Shown here piece by piece: positions 29,001-38,613 of a stretch of DNA of 64,000 nucleotides (the first letter of the stretch is position 1; every line of letters begins with the position of its first letter). The translations under genes were made by a program, and so were the position numbers. The stretch comes from a virus. Below the pieces are notes generated by a model that saw only the letters and a program-made list of their open reading frames with translations, was not told where the DNA came from and did not search any database. The stretch lies in the IMG/VR virus record IMGVR_UViG_3300032288_004617, positions 1 through 64,000 of that record. One strand, given 5' to 3'.

Positions 29001-32000
29001 TATCATTTATGTCACCACAAAACCCTGTACTAAGCCAACTTATAGAGTTAATACTTCCATATTGAGATGGGTTGTATTGCTTCATTGTCACATAAGGTGA
29101 AGAAGCGTTAGTAGTATATTGAGCAGCTTTTCCTATGAGGGTATCTGTTAATCTTCTACTTGAATTATCTAAACTATAATTTGTATTATCATAGTTAACA
29201 ATTGTTCCTGGATAATTTATTCTATAGCTATCTCCAAATGAGATTAGAACAGAATCTTCCCTTCCTACATTATTAATCTTATATATATTGCCATTGTACT
29301 CATTTGAGACATTCCAATATCCCTCTTTTAAATACTGAACAACTTCCGCAGATCTTAATAATGAATCACCCTGATTATTAGGCATAAATGTACTATAATG
29401 ACCAACAACTGTCTGATAATACGCAAAATTATTAGGCTTACCCATATTAGTAAATGTCTGAAGCCATTGAAGTCTATATTGTCCTGTTTTTTTAATGGCC
29501 ATAATTACATATGCTGCAATTGCTAGACCAGCGATAATAACCGCAGCAGGAGAAGATACCCCACCTGCAGCGGCAGTAACTGTCCAGCTTGAAGACTGTA
29601 TCACAACCTCTAAAGCAGATTCAAGAATAGCTAAAGATGTGGCTAAAGATTTTGCCTGATCCCCTAATAAAATATATGTTGGGTGATCTAAAACTTCATC
29701 AAAATACATTCTACCCTTACCCACTAGATACCCATCAATAGCTATCTCTCTTGTTAAAGTTGGCTTATTAAAGTGTATATTTGGAGAGTGAAAAGTAAAA
29801 ATACTATTACTAGTACTTCCAAATGGATGCCCCTGATATTGCCCATTAAGAAGATCGTTACCTAAGGCATTCAAAGGGTAATTACTGTACATCTCACCCT
29901 GGAAGGATGATCTATATACATCAAAACATATACCTTTTGCTATAACAGATTTCTCAACCCTTCTATCTCCTATAAAAATTTCATACCCTGTTATTGCAAG
30001 TCTCTCAGATAATGTTAATAAATCATTATTGACAGCTATGTCTAGAAAAGTTCTGATAACATCAGCTGTAAGATTGAAACCAATAGGGTATATAACACTG
30101 TCACCAAAATTCGAAGGTGTTTGGTTTTGTGTAGACATGAATGGAGATATCTTATTATCAGGATATTTGAAATGTCTTATAGGCTTATCCATAAAGTTCG
30201 CTTCAGTAGATAAGATATACTCAGTTCCAATAGATCCTAATACAAAGTAGTCCTCGAACTTAGTCACATAGTCTGCAGGTAACGCACTTAAATCTGTACT
30301 TTTTATAATTAAATTAGAAGAATCATATAATTCTGAATTACATGGGTACTTTTCAGTAGACTCCCAATAAGAGAATTCCCCCTTTTGGTATGGAACAGGA
30401 TCGCAATCTCCTAGCTTAGGTATAGTGTATGTACACACAGAGCTATATGTTTGTTTTTTTCCAAATGTAAGATTTATAAAAGAGTTTATTTGCGAATACT
30501 CTACAGCCCTTTGGTACATATTAAAATTACCACAAGGTGGTGCTAGAGTATACTTTAATACACCTCTCATTTTTAATGCTGTATCTATTGCTATATATGC
30601 ATAATCTGTTGTAAAATCTGTTTTATTCAACTCTAATCTAGTTACATTAGTGTCGAAATCTGAAACTAATAAAGAGTAAGATGTGATATCTGAAGTTGCT
30701 CCACAACTATCATAAACACTTATTCTAATAGTATTTCCTGTGTTAGAATCTGAACTGTCACATTTAACTCTTGATAAATCTACTAATATTTTATCCTCTC
30801 CATTAAATTCGGCCTTAAACCAAAGTACACTTTTATTTAAGAAGTTTCCAAACTCAGCACTGTAATAAGTTGATGCTATAGTTGTAATTAACGCTGCACT
30901 TGTAGTAGCTCCAAAATCTTGGAAATAGAATGGTATGTCTATTTGAGGACTTTGTAATGTCGATAGTGCAGTTGCTGCTCCACATGTTGTGTTTGGTAAT
31001 GGATTTGATTTAACAAATACCAAACTCGACATAGGCATATAATCATTCTCAAATGTTGTATTTCTTTGAATGTTTCCACTTGAATCTGGCTTCCAATAGT
31101 TCCAAACACTTGGTGATTGTACTTCAGTGTACATATCATCTTCCCATTGGACAAGTGTAGAAGTCTCTTCATCAACGCTAATAGCAAACATATTCTCTTC
31201 AACTAAGGTAAGCTCTTCACTACAGTTTGTCCCAAATTCAGGTGTACAAGATCCTATATATGTCGAAGGATTATTTAAAATGTATTTTATGTCATCAAAT
31301 TGTGGATCTGTTGACACTTTAATAGCTTCTATATTTGTATTGATGTAGCTAACTAAACTTAACTCTGAATTAATTGTTATATCTCCACTAGGTATTGAAG
31401 TGAGTGTAGAAGCTTCTCCTGCTACTGAAACAACACAAGATAATTCATTAACTCTAGTTATAGTTGTAGTCTCTCCTGATCCTGCAGGAATTGTACATAA
31501 ATCCGGATCTACAGTTGCAGTATTGTTATACTGCCAATATTTGTCACGTTCTGTTCCATTACAATTAGAAGTATATGCATTTATAGATTGGTAATTCTTA
31601 TCTCCAGTACTCATAAGCTCTATCTCAATAGGCTTTGGAGGTCTTGAAATTAAAGGGAAATTTGCTGTAGTATATCCTCCATTAAAAAAGAATCTTATAG
31701 AGTATGGATATACTTCATCTCTCATAGCTGATTTATAATTGGAAACATTTTCTCCTTCCATATACAAATCCTCTTTTGCTTGAAGTGTCCCCCATTTAGC
31801 TAAAGATCCCATTAAGTTGACTACAGGTTGAAGATTTACTTCTCTATGCTCTTTTAATCCATATTGAAATAGTGTACCATTACTATCTGACATACCTTTT
31901 GATGTAATATAAAAAGGTTTTTGGGAAATTAGGTCATCAAAAGATACTTGTTTTTTCCCATTCAACGATGTGATTATAACCTTTAGATTATCTATTGGAT

Positions 32001-32982
32001 ATGTATTATATTCATAATAGGAAACTGATGCATCTAATCCTGACTTACTTACAACTGCTATTTTATAATAGTCATAGTTACTATCTAAATTAGAGACAGA
32101 TAAACTAATAGCCTTATCTGTTAAATAGTCTAAGTTAGTTTGGTCTAAAATATTGTTATTTCTATCAAATATCGCAATAGGATTAGTCATTGAATAATAG
32201 TTTGAGATATTATTCCCTAATTTATCACAATAAGCTAAAAGGACTTCTATCATACCTGCTCTAAGTTTTCCACCTGATCTGATAGATTCTACTTTTAAAC
32301 AAGGTTTTTCAAATAGTTTAAATATCCTCATTTTGTCTACATTCAGACAAGTGTCTGTAACAACATTAGTACATTCGTCAATATCTGTAAAATAATACGA
32401 AATGTTATCTAATTGTATATATCTTGGAGGATTTAAATTATCTGTAAAATAAATTACCTTACCTGACTTCTCATCTTTTATATGAATATTATTTTCAAAA
32501 ATTGGATAGTCTATGCTAAAGTTAAGGCTACCTGTAGACAGTCCTGTTAACGTACAAAAGTCTGAAATAATTGTCGTATATGTACATATAGCTACTGGTC
32601 TTATTTGTTTCTCTAAAGGATTCTCTAAGATTACAGATATATTACAATTACAAGAATTTTCAACTTGTTGTAAATCTGTATATGTATAAAAACTACTTAT
32701 ATAGCCAATCTCGGAATCTCCTGTTGTAGGATTTGTTAAAAAGAAATATGTCCTATCTCCATTAATATCATACTTATGGCCAATAACTTTATATCCAGAT
32801 TTAAAACCTGTACATTTTATATTAGAAGATTCATTCTGAAGAACAACAGGTCCATTTCCATGTTCATCTTGAAAATTAACATTTAATGCAAATGAGTATT
32901 CAGTCTCTTTTAATTCTGCTTCATGAGAATCTCGGTTCATCCCCTCTTTAGGAGATGATAGTTTTTTGTTACTTGCTGCCAT
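26026..32982 (-). CDS. Tail stabilisation / muzzle protein (P22 gp10-like, crAss-like), 2318 aa with accessory insertions
   Basis: GMNRD...YSFALN N-terminus, IYFTDNLNPPR, MRDEVYPY, GGDIFISRF, FWVDAKRGKVF, WISYYSFKPNYY; follows the ring-protein gene. Confidence 0.85.
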   Translation of the reverse strand: MAASNKKLSSPKEGMNRDSHEAELKETEYSFALNVNFQDEHGNGPVVLQNESSNIKCTGFKSGYKVIGHKYDINGDRTYFFLTNPTTGDSEIGYISSFYTYTDLQQVENSCNCNISVILENPLEKQIRPVAICTYTTIISDFCTLTGLSTGSLNFSIDYPIFENNIHIKDEKSGKVIYFTDNLNPPRYIQLDNISYYFTDIDECTNVVTDTCLNVDKMRIFKLFEKPCLKVESIRSGGKLRAGMIEVLLAYCDKLGNNISNYYSMTNPIAIFDRNNNILDQTNLDYLTDKAISLSVSNLDSNYDYYKIAVVSKSGLDASVSYYEYNTYPIDNLKVIITSLNGKKQVSFDDLISQKPFYITSKGMSDSNGTLFQYGLKEHREVNLQPVVNLMGSLAKWGTLQAKEDLYMEGENVSNYKSAMRDEVYPYSIRFFFNGGYTTANFPLISRPPKPIEIELMSTGDKNYQSINAYTSNCNGTERDKYWQYNNTATVDPDLCTIPAGSGETTTITRVNELSCVVSVAGEASTLTSIPSGDITINSELSLVSYINTNIEAIKVSTDPQFDDIKYILNNPSTYIGSCTPEFGTNCSEELTLVEENMFAISVDEETSTLVQWEDDMYTEVQSPSVWNYWKPDSSGNIQRNTTFENDYMPMSSLVFVKSNPLPNTTCGAATALSTLQSPQIDIPFYFQDFGATTSAALITTIASTYYSAEFGNFLNKSVLWFKAEFNGEDKILVDLSRVKCDSSDSNTGNTIRISVYDSCGATSDITSYSLLVSDFDTNVTRLELNKTDFTTDYAYIAIDTALKMRGVLKYTLAPPCGNFNMYQRAVEYSQINSFINLTFGKKQTYSSVCTYTIPKLGDCDPVPYQKGEFSYWESTEKYPCNSELYDSSNLIIKSTDLSALPADYVTKFEDYFVLGSIGTEYILSTEANFMDKPIRHFKYPDNKISPFMSTQNQTPSNFGDSVIYPIGFNLTADVIRTFLDIAVNNDLLTLSERLAITGYEIFIGDRRVEKSVIAKGICFDVYRSSFQGEMYSNYPLNALGNDLLNGQYQGHPFGSTSNSIFTFHSPNIHFNKPTLTREIAIDGYLVGKGRMYFDEVLDHPTYILLGDQAKSLATSLAILESALEVVIQSSSWTVTAAAGGVSSPAAVIIAGLAIAAYVIMAIKKTGQYRLQWLQTFTNMGKPNNFAYYQTVVGHYSTFMPNNQGDSLLRSAEVVQYLKEGYWNVSNEYNGNIYKINNVGREDSVLISFGDSYRINYPGTIVNYDNTNYSLDNSSRRLTDTLIGKAAQYTTNASSPYVTMKQYNPSQYGSINSISWLSTGFCGDINDNSECNTVLGGDIFISRFAVKRKFPFFKTDAFGLAPLTPFEYSSNFNINPHLNTVSSGRFFLDFMINDSDNYTASFIWPSNGSTYNLHQLSGNTGFYIKPPSKFFLYSYGIPYFLVESEYNMNYRYAKREYHENFYPNVNDVIDWTQEKNLSIKEPNTYFYNTVYSSTASEVAHRVLPTTYNRLQYDALSIQPNGVIYSEPDSSDNDLIDPWLIYKPLNTYQFPKSFGKLIEMDGIESEQILARFTNGVSIFGSIDQIRDRLTPETKNLGQGGIFAGRAVDFNKTDLGYAGTQHNAKISCDFGHFWVDAKRGKVFNLAPGGKSLDEITSGLEKWFKENLPFKILNSFPNIDIDNNFKGLGIAMGWDERQKRLFLTKKDYSIINDTLEYDEEVGFYVDVPCPTGYTLVDGVCTKITTTSKVPQGTPITVVNSKSTAYGWRYPALYDAYNPDGSALVDGMYPTGYTYEYLLNPFWTGNGVIYSNYVNRLGKTVSMKETSIILTNTSGTCNIELNGVGYLATFNTSLTQTATDFITTHGITLAGLGYSVTQVGPKLIFRFATSNPTTFGVTTLTGNLAFIFYGVNQMPSNVWYGATSIVSIPTTKTYYIFVVADNKFRFSIDGVVALESDWTAMQPQHTPNNSGDTIAFVRGHIYPIELTAGCHDIKVEGWNFGGDYMFGSAIFDNSKAELIAATSDADLNVIYSTETETIFYESVQEVTCPDTFVDVSPGDICGVCQKIETTYAIQEIALGNPTYFKECSWTVGYSPLLKTWISYYSFKPNYYIAYNNYFQTGINYSTTSSEIGLWTHLPFLSSYQVFYGKLYPFTVEFPLTTRYTNSVLTDIEYWLDVRKYYNKWDFTDIYGSGFNKAIVYNSFQNSGQLKLNTQINNNLSQQISYPKFNTNSIDILQSEIAGKYSFNYLYNLIRNERSGLPIWINDCAQIDKVLDSRLLDYRNNYKDRLRGDHFLIRLTNDVESRFKMLFRFMGDTREYYEQ

Positions 32983-33842
32983 TAGAAATTTGTTTCGTAT
33001 TGTCTAGATTCTAATTGATTTAATCTTTTTATGTCTTGGAAAACAGAAGGTTTTAATCTTGTCATCTTTAACTCTGTTGATGCATTCTTTAAAGATATTG
33101 TCTCTTCTTGCTTATAGATTTGGTATAAGTTTTGTATACCTAAAGAATCATTATTCCCCATTAGTCTTTCTGTTAATCTTCTTTTTAAGAAATACTCTAG
33201 GTATGTCTCTAAATGTCCATTAGGTGTTTCAGGTATCTCTATGTTACCATCTTCGTCAGAAGGTAAACCATAGTAAATCATGTAGATATATCCACTGTTG
33301 AAATTTGCTTGTAATCTGAAATTATTTATAACAATCTCGTTTGGATTATCTGTTATTATTTTATTTCTACATGATGCGTGGCAATTACTTTTTTCAAATG
33401 ATCTACCTAAAGTAAGTAACCTTGGACTTTGATAAGTGAATGTAACTGCATTTCCATTATAATAAAGATTCTCCTTAATAACATTTTCAGAAATAGTTTC
33501 ACAACCTGCACTACACTCTGACCACTCTTTATTCTTAATAGTTCTTTCTTTATATATCACTGAGTTGATAAGTGAATCTTGCTCTACACCATCGTGATTA
33601 ATCATCTCACCAGGCTCACATAGATATGCAGCATACAAACTAAAAAAAGAATCAGGAAGTTTAGCAAAACCATTCTCCACTGTAACAATTGTCTCTTGTC
33701 TATAAGTTATATCATTTCCAAATCTCTTCAGTCCTAATGTTATATCTCTATATAAAGATGTATCATCAATAAGTCCTGCATCTGCATACTTACTGAAGTC
33801 ACTTTTTATTTGAGCAATTAAAGCTTCTACGTTACTAAACAT
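32982..33842 (-). CDS. Tail tubular/ring protein (P22 gp4-like)
   Basis: V.NGFAKLPDSF, NFNSGYIYMIYYGLPSDEDGNIEIP; immediately upstream of the muzzle gene. Confidence 0.75.
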   Translation of the reverse strand: MFSNVEALIAQIKSDFSKYADAGLIDDTSLYRDITLGLKRFGNDITYRQETIVTVENGFAKLPDSFFSLYAAYLCEPGEMINHDGVEQDSLINSVIYKERTIKNKEWSECSAGCETISENVIKENLYYNGNAVTFTYQSPRLLTLGRSFEKSNCHASCRNKIITDNPNEIVINNFRLQANFNSGYIYMIYYGLPSDEDGNIEIPETPNGHLETYLEYFLKRRLTERLMGNNDSLGIQNLYQIYKQEETISLKNASTELKMTRLKPSVFQDIKRLNQLESRQYETNF

Positions 33843-34328
33843 CTATATTAATTTTAATTTTTGTACTGTGTATATGTAGTTTTTGTATTTCTTTCCTGCG
33901 TAAACATTTTCCTTTACACTTTGAGCTATCGAATGCACGTAGCTGTTATCCATGCTCCAACAATATGGTGGAAGATGTCGCTCCTTTACAGGATAAAACA
34001 TTGGTTCAATATACCTTGCATCCTTCTTTTGATTGTAATACATTTCAGAAGTCCCATCAGGATATACATAACTAGCAATCCTTTTCTTTGGAGATCTAAA
34101 TACAAAAAAATATCCAAGATTCTTAATAGCTACACCACCCCTATTGTTAACAACGTCAAATGCAATTGTTTTAAATATTTCTATAACTACTTTGATGTAA
34201 AGGTTTCTATTTGTTATTCTATGAATCTTAGGTATCTTCTGCTTAAACTTATTATAATGAGGCCACATTCCAATAGCTGAAATGTGTTTCATTTTTAAAT
34301 ATTGTATATTAGCAAAACCCCAAGCCAT
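33843..34328 (-). CDS. IHF/HU-like DNA-binding protein
   Basis: IFKTIAFDVV...GVAIKNLGYFFV HU-like core; basic; conserved crAss-like position between ring genes; TAATG coupling. Confidence 0.6.
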   Translation of the reverse strand: MAWGFANIQYLKMKHISAIGMWPHYNKFKQKIPKIHRITNRNLYIKVVIEIFKTIAFDVVNNRGGVAIKNLGYFFVFRSPKKRIASYVYPDGTSEMYYNQKKDARYIEPMFYPVKERHLPPYCWSMDNSYVHSIAQSVKENVYAGKKYKNYIYTVQKLKLI

Positions 34329-35029
34329 TATTGAACTGTTTTACTTTTTTGATTTATGTCTAAATTAGGATTTGAATCTTCAACAGAAGTTCTATATATT
34401 GAACCAAGTTCTGTTAAGGTATCTCCAACCACTCTATCTAAAAATCTATCAGGGCATACAAATTCATAATCCCAAACAGACTTACAATTAGAAGTATTAG
34501 ATCCGTTGCAACTAGATACGTCTTCAGTAGCCTTCTTATCTAAGGTGATCATCCTTAACTCTAACAATTGAGTAGTTGAATTAGGTAATACAATATACCC
34601 ATCTGAAATTGTATAATATCTTGTTGTATCTCTTGTATACTTTCTCTTCTTTAACTCTGCAAATCTTTGTGGAGAAATATAATCATATTCTTCCTCTCCT
34701 TCAATATTCATAACGGATATAATTCCAGATCCATTCTTTCCAAAAATACCATCCGGTATCTTCTTTACAGACCTCATTATATTTCTACAAATATTAAACT
34801 CAAAAATGCAACAAGTTTTATAGTCCACAGACTCTAACTCAAAACAAGATATTGTAGAAATTATACCATCTTCTCTGTATAGAGTCATTTCATCAAGCTT
34901 TTGGCTCATATAAAATTTTGCCTTTGTCTTACCTATATTTAAAACAAATCTGTCGCTTATATGTCCATCTTTTGTCAAGGCTTTAAGGTTATTACTTACC
35001 CTTGAAACAAATTCACTGTTAGTTATCAT
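34328..35029 (-). CDS. Tail ring protein
   Basis: Helical N-terminus, RSVKKIP, YYTISDGYIVL, DYEFVCP pattern of crAss-like ring proteins; synteny. Confidence 0.65.
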   Translation of the reverse strand: MITNSEFVSRVSNNLKALTKDGHISDRFVLNIGKTKAKFYMSQKLDEMTLYREDGIISTISCFELESVDYKTCCIFEFNICRNIMRSVKKIPDGIFGKNGSGIISVMNIEGEEEYDYISPQRFAELKKRKYTRDTTRYYTISDGYIVLPNSTTQLLELRMITLDKKATEDVSSCNGSNTSNCKSVWDYEFVCPDRFLDRVVGDTLTELGSIYRTSVEDSNPNLDINQKSKTVQ

Positions 35030-35336
35030 TTGAATAAAATCTTATATATGTATCTCTCACGCTTTTTAAAACTGCACACTGTTCAAACATTTGAACTTCT
35101 ATCAACTCTGAAATTACTCTGTTTATTGTTTCAACTAATTCAGTTGGTTCAAATATGATTTCATTTTCTACATTTTTTGACAGTACTTTCATAATCAACA
35201 TATTTGGATATTCTTTTAAATAATTATATCTTTTACTAAGTTGTAAGTAATACTCAATGTCTTGATCGTCCAATGTATACAAATGGACTTTAAATCTATC
35301 CTCCTCAAGTTCACAAGATCTGCTTATGTTAATCAT
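35019..35336 (-). CDS. Hypothetical protein (105 aa) with UvrB/C-type coiled-coil-like tail
   Basis: Start moved to ATG 35336 because the track's TTG lies inside the -7 box. LIEVQMFEQCAVLKSVRD. Confidence 0.55.
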   Translation of the reverse strand: MINISRSCELEEDRFKVHLYTLDDQDIEYYLQLSKRYNYLKEYPNMLIMKVLSKNVENEIIFEPTELVETINRVISELIEVQMFEQCAVLKSVRDTYIRFYSNDN

Positions 35337-35348
35337 TTCAGTTTTTAC

Positions 35349-35384
35349 CAAAATTACTTATTCTTTTTTAGTAGGTCAAATTTA
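35349..35384 (-). promoter_or_regulatory. Bacteroidota-type promoter
   Basis: TAAATTTG-N20-TAATTTTG. Confidence 0.7.
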
Positions 35385-35398
35385 TAACTTTTTTGACA

Positions 35399-35423
35399 AT
35401 AAAAAACCCCTCACTAGGAGGGG
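35399..35423 (-). terminator. Intrinsic terminator
   Basis: CCCCTC-N5-GAGGGG followed by TTTTTT on the minus strand. Confidence 0.75.
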
Positions 35424-35458
35424 ATTAGAATGTAAGAAAAACCACTAAAACTTACAGA

Positions 35459-36022
35459 CTAAGATATTTTAGTAATCTTACATACAGCATTTCTTGGATA
35501 TGTTGTAACCTTACTAGGAGTTGCAGATGCTTCTATTTTTATAGTGAATCCAGCAATAAGGTTAATTCTTGATGCAAACAGTTTAAAAGGTATTGATACA
35601 TTTGTCATTCCATTTGTAGAAATCTCTCTATTCACTGCAGCATTGTATGGAGAATTATTTACAAGTAACCTTAAATTTAATTTTCCTGTACTCGTACTAA
35701 ACATCTCTCCTACATATTCTATCTCATATTCACCATCTCCACCCAAAGGGACTGTATAAGTTGTTCCAGCCATAGTGTTATACACAGGAAAATTACCAGG
35801 GGTATTTGCACCTAATGCTTGTTCTGAATAGTATACTGTTTTTGATGTTATATTAGGTACAAGATTTCCTTCTAAATATTCCTCTATATTTAAGAAAACT
35901 GACTCTACTGAATCTCCTGTAACACTACCTATTAAAGGTAAATCTACTCCGGTGTAAACACATGGTTTATTAGTGGGAGTCGTTTGGGAGCATGGACACT
36001 CTATTGGAATATTTGTACACAT
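35459..36022 (-). CDS. Short fibre/decoration protein with Cys-rich N-terminal module and C1q/BclA-like beta C-terminus
   Basis: CVYTGVDL..GD.V..V module; YTVPLGGDGEYEIEY...INLIAGFTIKI. Confidence 0.5.
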   Translation of the reverse strand: MCTNIPIECPCSQTTPTNKPCVYTGVDLPLIGSVTGDSVESVFLNIEEYLEGNLVPNITSKTVYYSEQALGANTPGNFPVYNTMAGTTYTVPLGGDGEYEIEYVGEMFSTSTGKLNLRLLVNNSPYNAAVNREISTNGMTNVSIPFKLFASRINLIAGFTIKIEASATPSKVTTYPRNAVCKITKIS

Positions 36023-36075
36023 TATAAAATATTTTAAACTTTTTTATTATTCTTGTAAGTACTATATACTAAAAA

Positions 36076-37320
36076 TTAATTATAAACTCTGATTTCTAAA
36101 CTCGCATTATCTAAAGTGCTATCCCTTCCTATTGTTGAAGGATCATAGGTTCTTATAGCAACAACATCACCACTATTTCTTTTTGTATAACCAATTACTT
36201 GAGGATCTGTCAAACTTAATGTTAATTGAGAAAATGTTTTTGAAGCAGTAAAAGCACCTGTTAATGTTCCGCTATAAGTACCAGCTGAAGTTCTTGTCCA
36301 AACTATTGCACCAATTGTATTCTCTAAAACAGTCGCAGTAGGTGCAGCCGTTCCACTCTGAGAAATTAAAGCTGAATACACTTTGTAAGGTCTAAAATCT
36401 ACAGAAGGACCTGTAGCTCCTGTTGCCCCATTAGGAGTAAAGTCTACAACCAAAATATCACCTGATAAAAAACTACCTTCATTTTGAATTACAGTTACAT
36501 CTATGTGAGCTACTAAACCTACAGTAGAATAACCTGTAATTTTACCCATCCAAAAGTTAGTTTCGTCAGAGTTAGCATTATAAATTTTTAGTAATCCATA
36601 GTAATTAGTGCCACCAATGTTGTTTGAGAAAGCAGCTAAAAAATCTACCATATCAATGTTGACATTATTATTAAAGTTAATATAAACTTTAGTAGCAAAA
36701 CCTGGAACACTATTATCAAAATTGAGGTTTGTTGGTAACGGAGTAGCACTCGTTCCTGCCTGAAATATCCATTTACTAGACCATCCACCTGGAACACCGT
36801 CTATACCATTTGTTCCATTTGTTCCATTTACACCTGGGGCACCTGCAGGACCTATTAAAGATATTCCAGATCCCCAAACACCAGAAACTTTTGGTCCATA
36901 TAAAATATGAGTTACATTATCAATGTAGTAATCCCCATTAGAACCATTGTATATTTCAGGAGCCACATTTCCACTAAGAATAGTGTTTCCATTTAATCCA
37001 TTAGCTCCAGTTGCTCCTGTACAAACGTACTGAGTTGTCATTATTAAATTCGTATCTCCATTAACAAGATCAATCCTCACTCCACCATAAGCACAGTTTG
37101 GACCTGGAGCTTCTTGTTGTAGATTGAAATAGTTAGCAGAGCTTACTTCACAATACTTAGCGTTTATTTTAGTAAGTACATCTGATAAAAGATTTCCACT
37201 AATAACATCTATACAAGATAAACTCTCTCCAGAATATCTCACACATCCAGCATCTACTTCAAAGGCACATCCACATGTTGACTCTGCACATGCTGTTGTT
37301 GTATTTGTACAATTACACAT
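36076..37320 (-). CDS. Fibre protein with collagen-like G-X-Y segments
   Basis: GATGANGLNG, GPAGAPGVNGTNGTNGIDGVPG; Cys-rich N-terminus; C-terminal YKVYSALISQSGTAAP...WTRTSAGTY domain. Confidence 0.75.
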   Translation of the reverse strand: MCNCTNTTTACAESTCGCAFEVDAGCVRYSGESLSCIDVISGNLLSDVLTKINAKYCEVSSANYFNLQQEAPGPNCAYGGVRIDLVNGDTNLIMTTQYVCTGATGANGLNGNTILSGNVAPEIYNGSNGDYYIDNVTHILYGPKVSGVWGSGISLIGPAGAPGVNGTNGTNGIDGVPGGWSSKWIFQAGTSATPLPTNLNFDNSVPGFATKVYINFNNNVNIDMVDFLAAFSNNIGGTNYYGLLKIYNANSDETNFWMGKITGYSTVGLVAHIDVTVIQNEGSFLSGDILVVDFTPNGATGATGPSVDFRPYKVYSALISQSGTAAPTATVLENTIGAIVWTRTSAGTYSGTLTGAFTASKTFSQLTLSLTDPQVIGYTKRNSGDVVAIRTYDPSTIGRDSTLDNASLEIRVYN

Positions 37321-37343
37321 ATTAGTTTTTTAAATATTATTTA

Positions 37344-37670
37344 TTATAATTTTATTCTAAGAAATCCGTTTGTATCTTTATAAGGCTTGCCTGTCAAAAG
37401 TCCTGCAGTAGCTGCAGCCGTTTCATCAGCATACACCGGAAGAGTTGTCAAATCAATAGTCTTTGAAAACTGTTGATTGATAACTTGCATCTTTAACATT
37501 ATTTTACTAATAACAGATGTAAGAGTTTCTCCAATAGCTATTCCAAAAAAAGTGTATGCGTTTTTAGTCACAACACATTCAGTACTGATTAATGAACTGC
37601 ATTCAACAGATGTATCGTCAACTGCAGGTTTTGTTATTTCTTTACAGTTTGTTGATTTTGTAATTCCCAT
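37344..37670 (-). CDS. Small Cys-containing structural protein (108 aa)
   Basis: Shares the CV...G...GE.LT.V module; LPVYADETAAATAGL tail. Confidence 0.55.
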   Translation of the reverse strand: MGITKSTNCKEITKPAVDDTSVECSSLISTECVVTKNAYTFFGIAIGETLTSVISKIMLKMQVINQQFSKTIDLTTLPVYADETAAATAGLLTGKPYKDTNGFLRIKL

Positions 37671-37674
37671 TATA

Positions 37675-38142
37675 TTAAGGTTGAAGATTATCTAACATTA
37701 TTTGTAATAACTCTTGTAAGTTAGCCGGCTGATTTCCACAAGCATCTACTAATACACCGTAGTCTAAATTTAAACAAGCGATGTTATCAGAGAATATTTT
37801 TGGACAGTCTGTACAATCAGGTGATCCAGAACAGTCATCACATTTCATTCCAATGAATGCCATAACCTCTTCTAACTTCTGCTCTAAGCCTATAATAGCT
37901 GCACTAACTGTTAAAGGATTAGCACCATTATTGAAATCTATACATTGACTAGTTAAAGCTGTTAAATCAGTATTTGCTTTTAACTCATCAAGTCCATCAT
38001 TAATATCTTCTATAACATCTTGAACTGAAAGACAGTTATCAGGATCTAATCCTGTATCATCTCTTAAAATCCCTTCATAGTCTACACAAATAGATGACGA
38101 TCTCTTACCACATCTATTTGATATTTTATCTCTACAACTCAT
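37675..38142 (-). CDS. Cys-rich structural/adaptor protein (155 aa)
   Basis: Many Cys; CVDYEG module; CDDCSGSPDCTDC. Confidence 0.55.
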   Translation of the reverse strand: MSCRDKISNRCGKRSSSICVDYEGILRDDTGLDPDNCLSVQDVIEDINDGLDELKANTDLTALTSQCIDFNNGANPLTVSAAIIGLEQKLEEVMAFIGMKCDDCSGSPDCTDCPKIFSDNIACLNLDYGVLVDACGNQPANLQELLQIMLDNLQP

Positions 38143-38392
38143 CTAATTTCAATATTGCGTTTTTAATAACTTGTTCTCTTATAAGTTTAATCTCTTCTTG
38201 ATCTAAATAACAAATATTATTGCAAACAAATCTTTCCAATCTTAACATCTCTCTCATCCTATCTAAACTAATCCCACATCCATAGTCAAATTTGATTTTC
38301 ATCATTTGCTCCATAGATGTAGACTTGATGTACTTTGAAAGTACCTCATTTGTTGGTCTATTATTTGAATTGGTTACGTTTTGACTGCTCAC
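38132..38392 (-). CDS. Hypothetical protein (86 aa)
   Basis: Overlaps both neighbours in the operon; helical. Confidence 0.5.
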   Translation of the reverse strand: MSSQNVTNSNNRPTNEVLSKYIKSTSMEQMMKIKFDYGCGISLDRMREMLRLERFVCNNICYLDQEEIKLIREQVIKNAILKLDEL

Positions 38393-38612
38393 TATCTAGG
38401 TAGTTTGTTATTAACATTATCTGTTCTTGTGTCGGGCATACGTCTTTAATATTGCTTATCAAAGAGTCTATCTCGTCAATTAATTCTTTATACTCAATCT
38501 TCTTTTCAGGAATCTTCACTGTATTGTAAAGAGTCACCGTTCTATTTCTAAGTAACCTTAGTGTATTAGAATTACCTCCACAAAGACCTCCTGTATTATT
38601 GCAAGAACACAT
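38361..38612 (-). CDS. Hypothetical Cys-containing protein (83 aa)
   Basis: MCSC start, 1 nt after the upstream stop. Confidence 0.55.
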   Translation of the reverse strand: MCSCNNTGGLCGGNSNTLRLLRNRTVTLYNTVKIPEKKIEYKELIDEIDSLISNIKDVCPTQEQIMLITNYLDSEQSKRNQFK

Positions 38613-38613
38613 A

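Noticed and set aside
30939-31202. Second same-strand nested ORF (87 aa) inside the muzzle gene
   Set aside because: No recognisable family features and no compositional distortion of the host frame, unlike 12378..12566.
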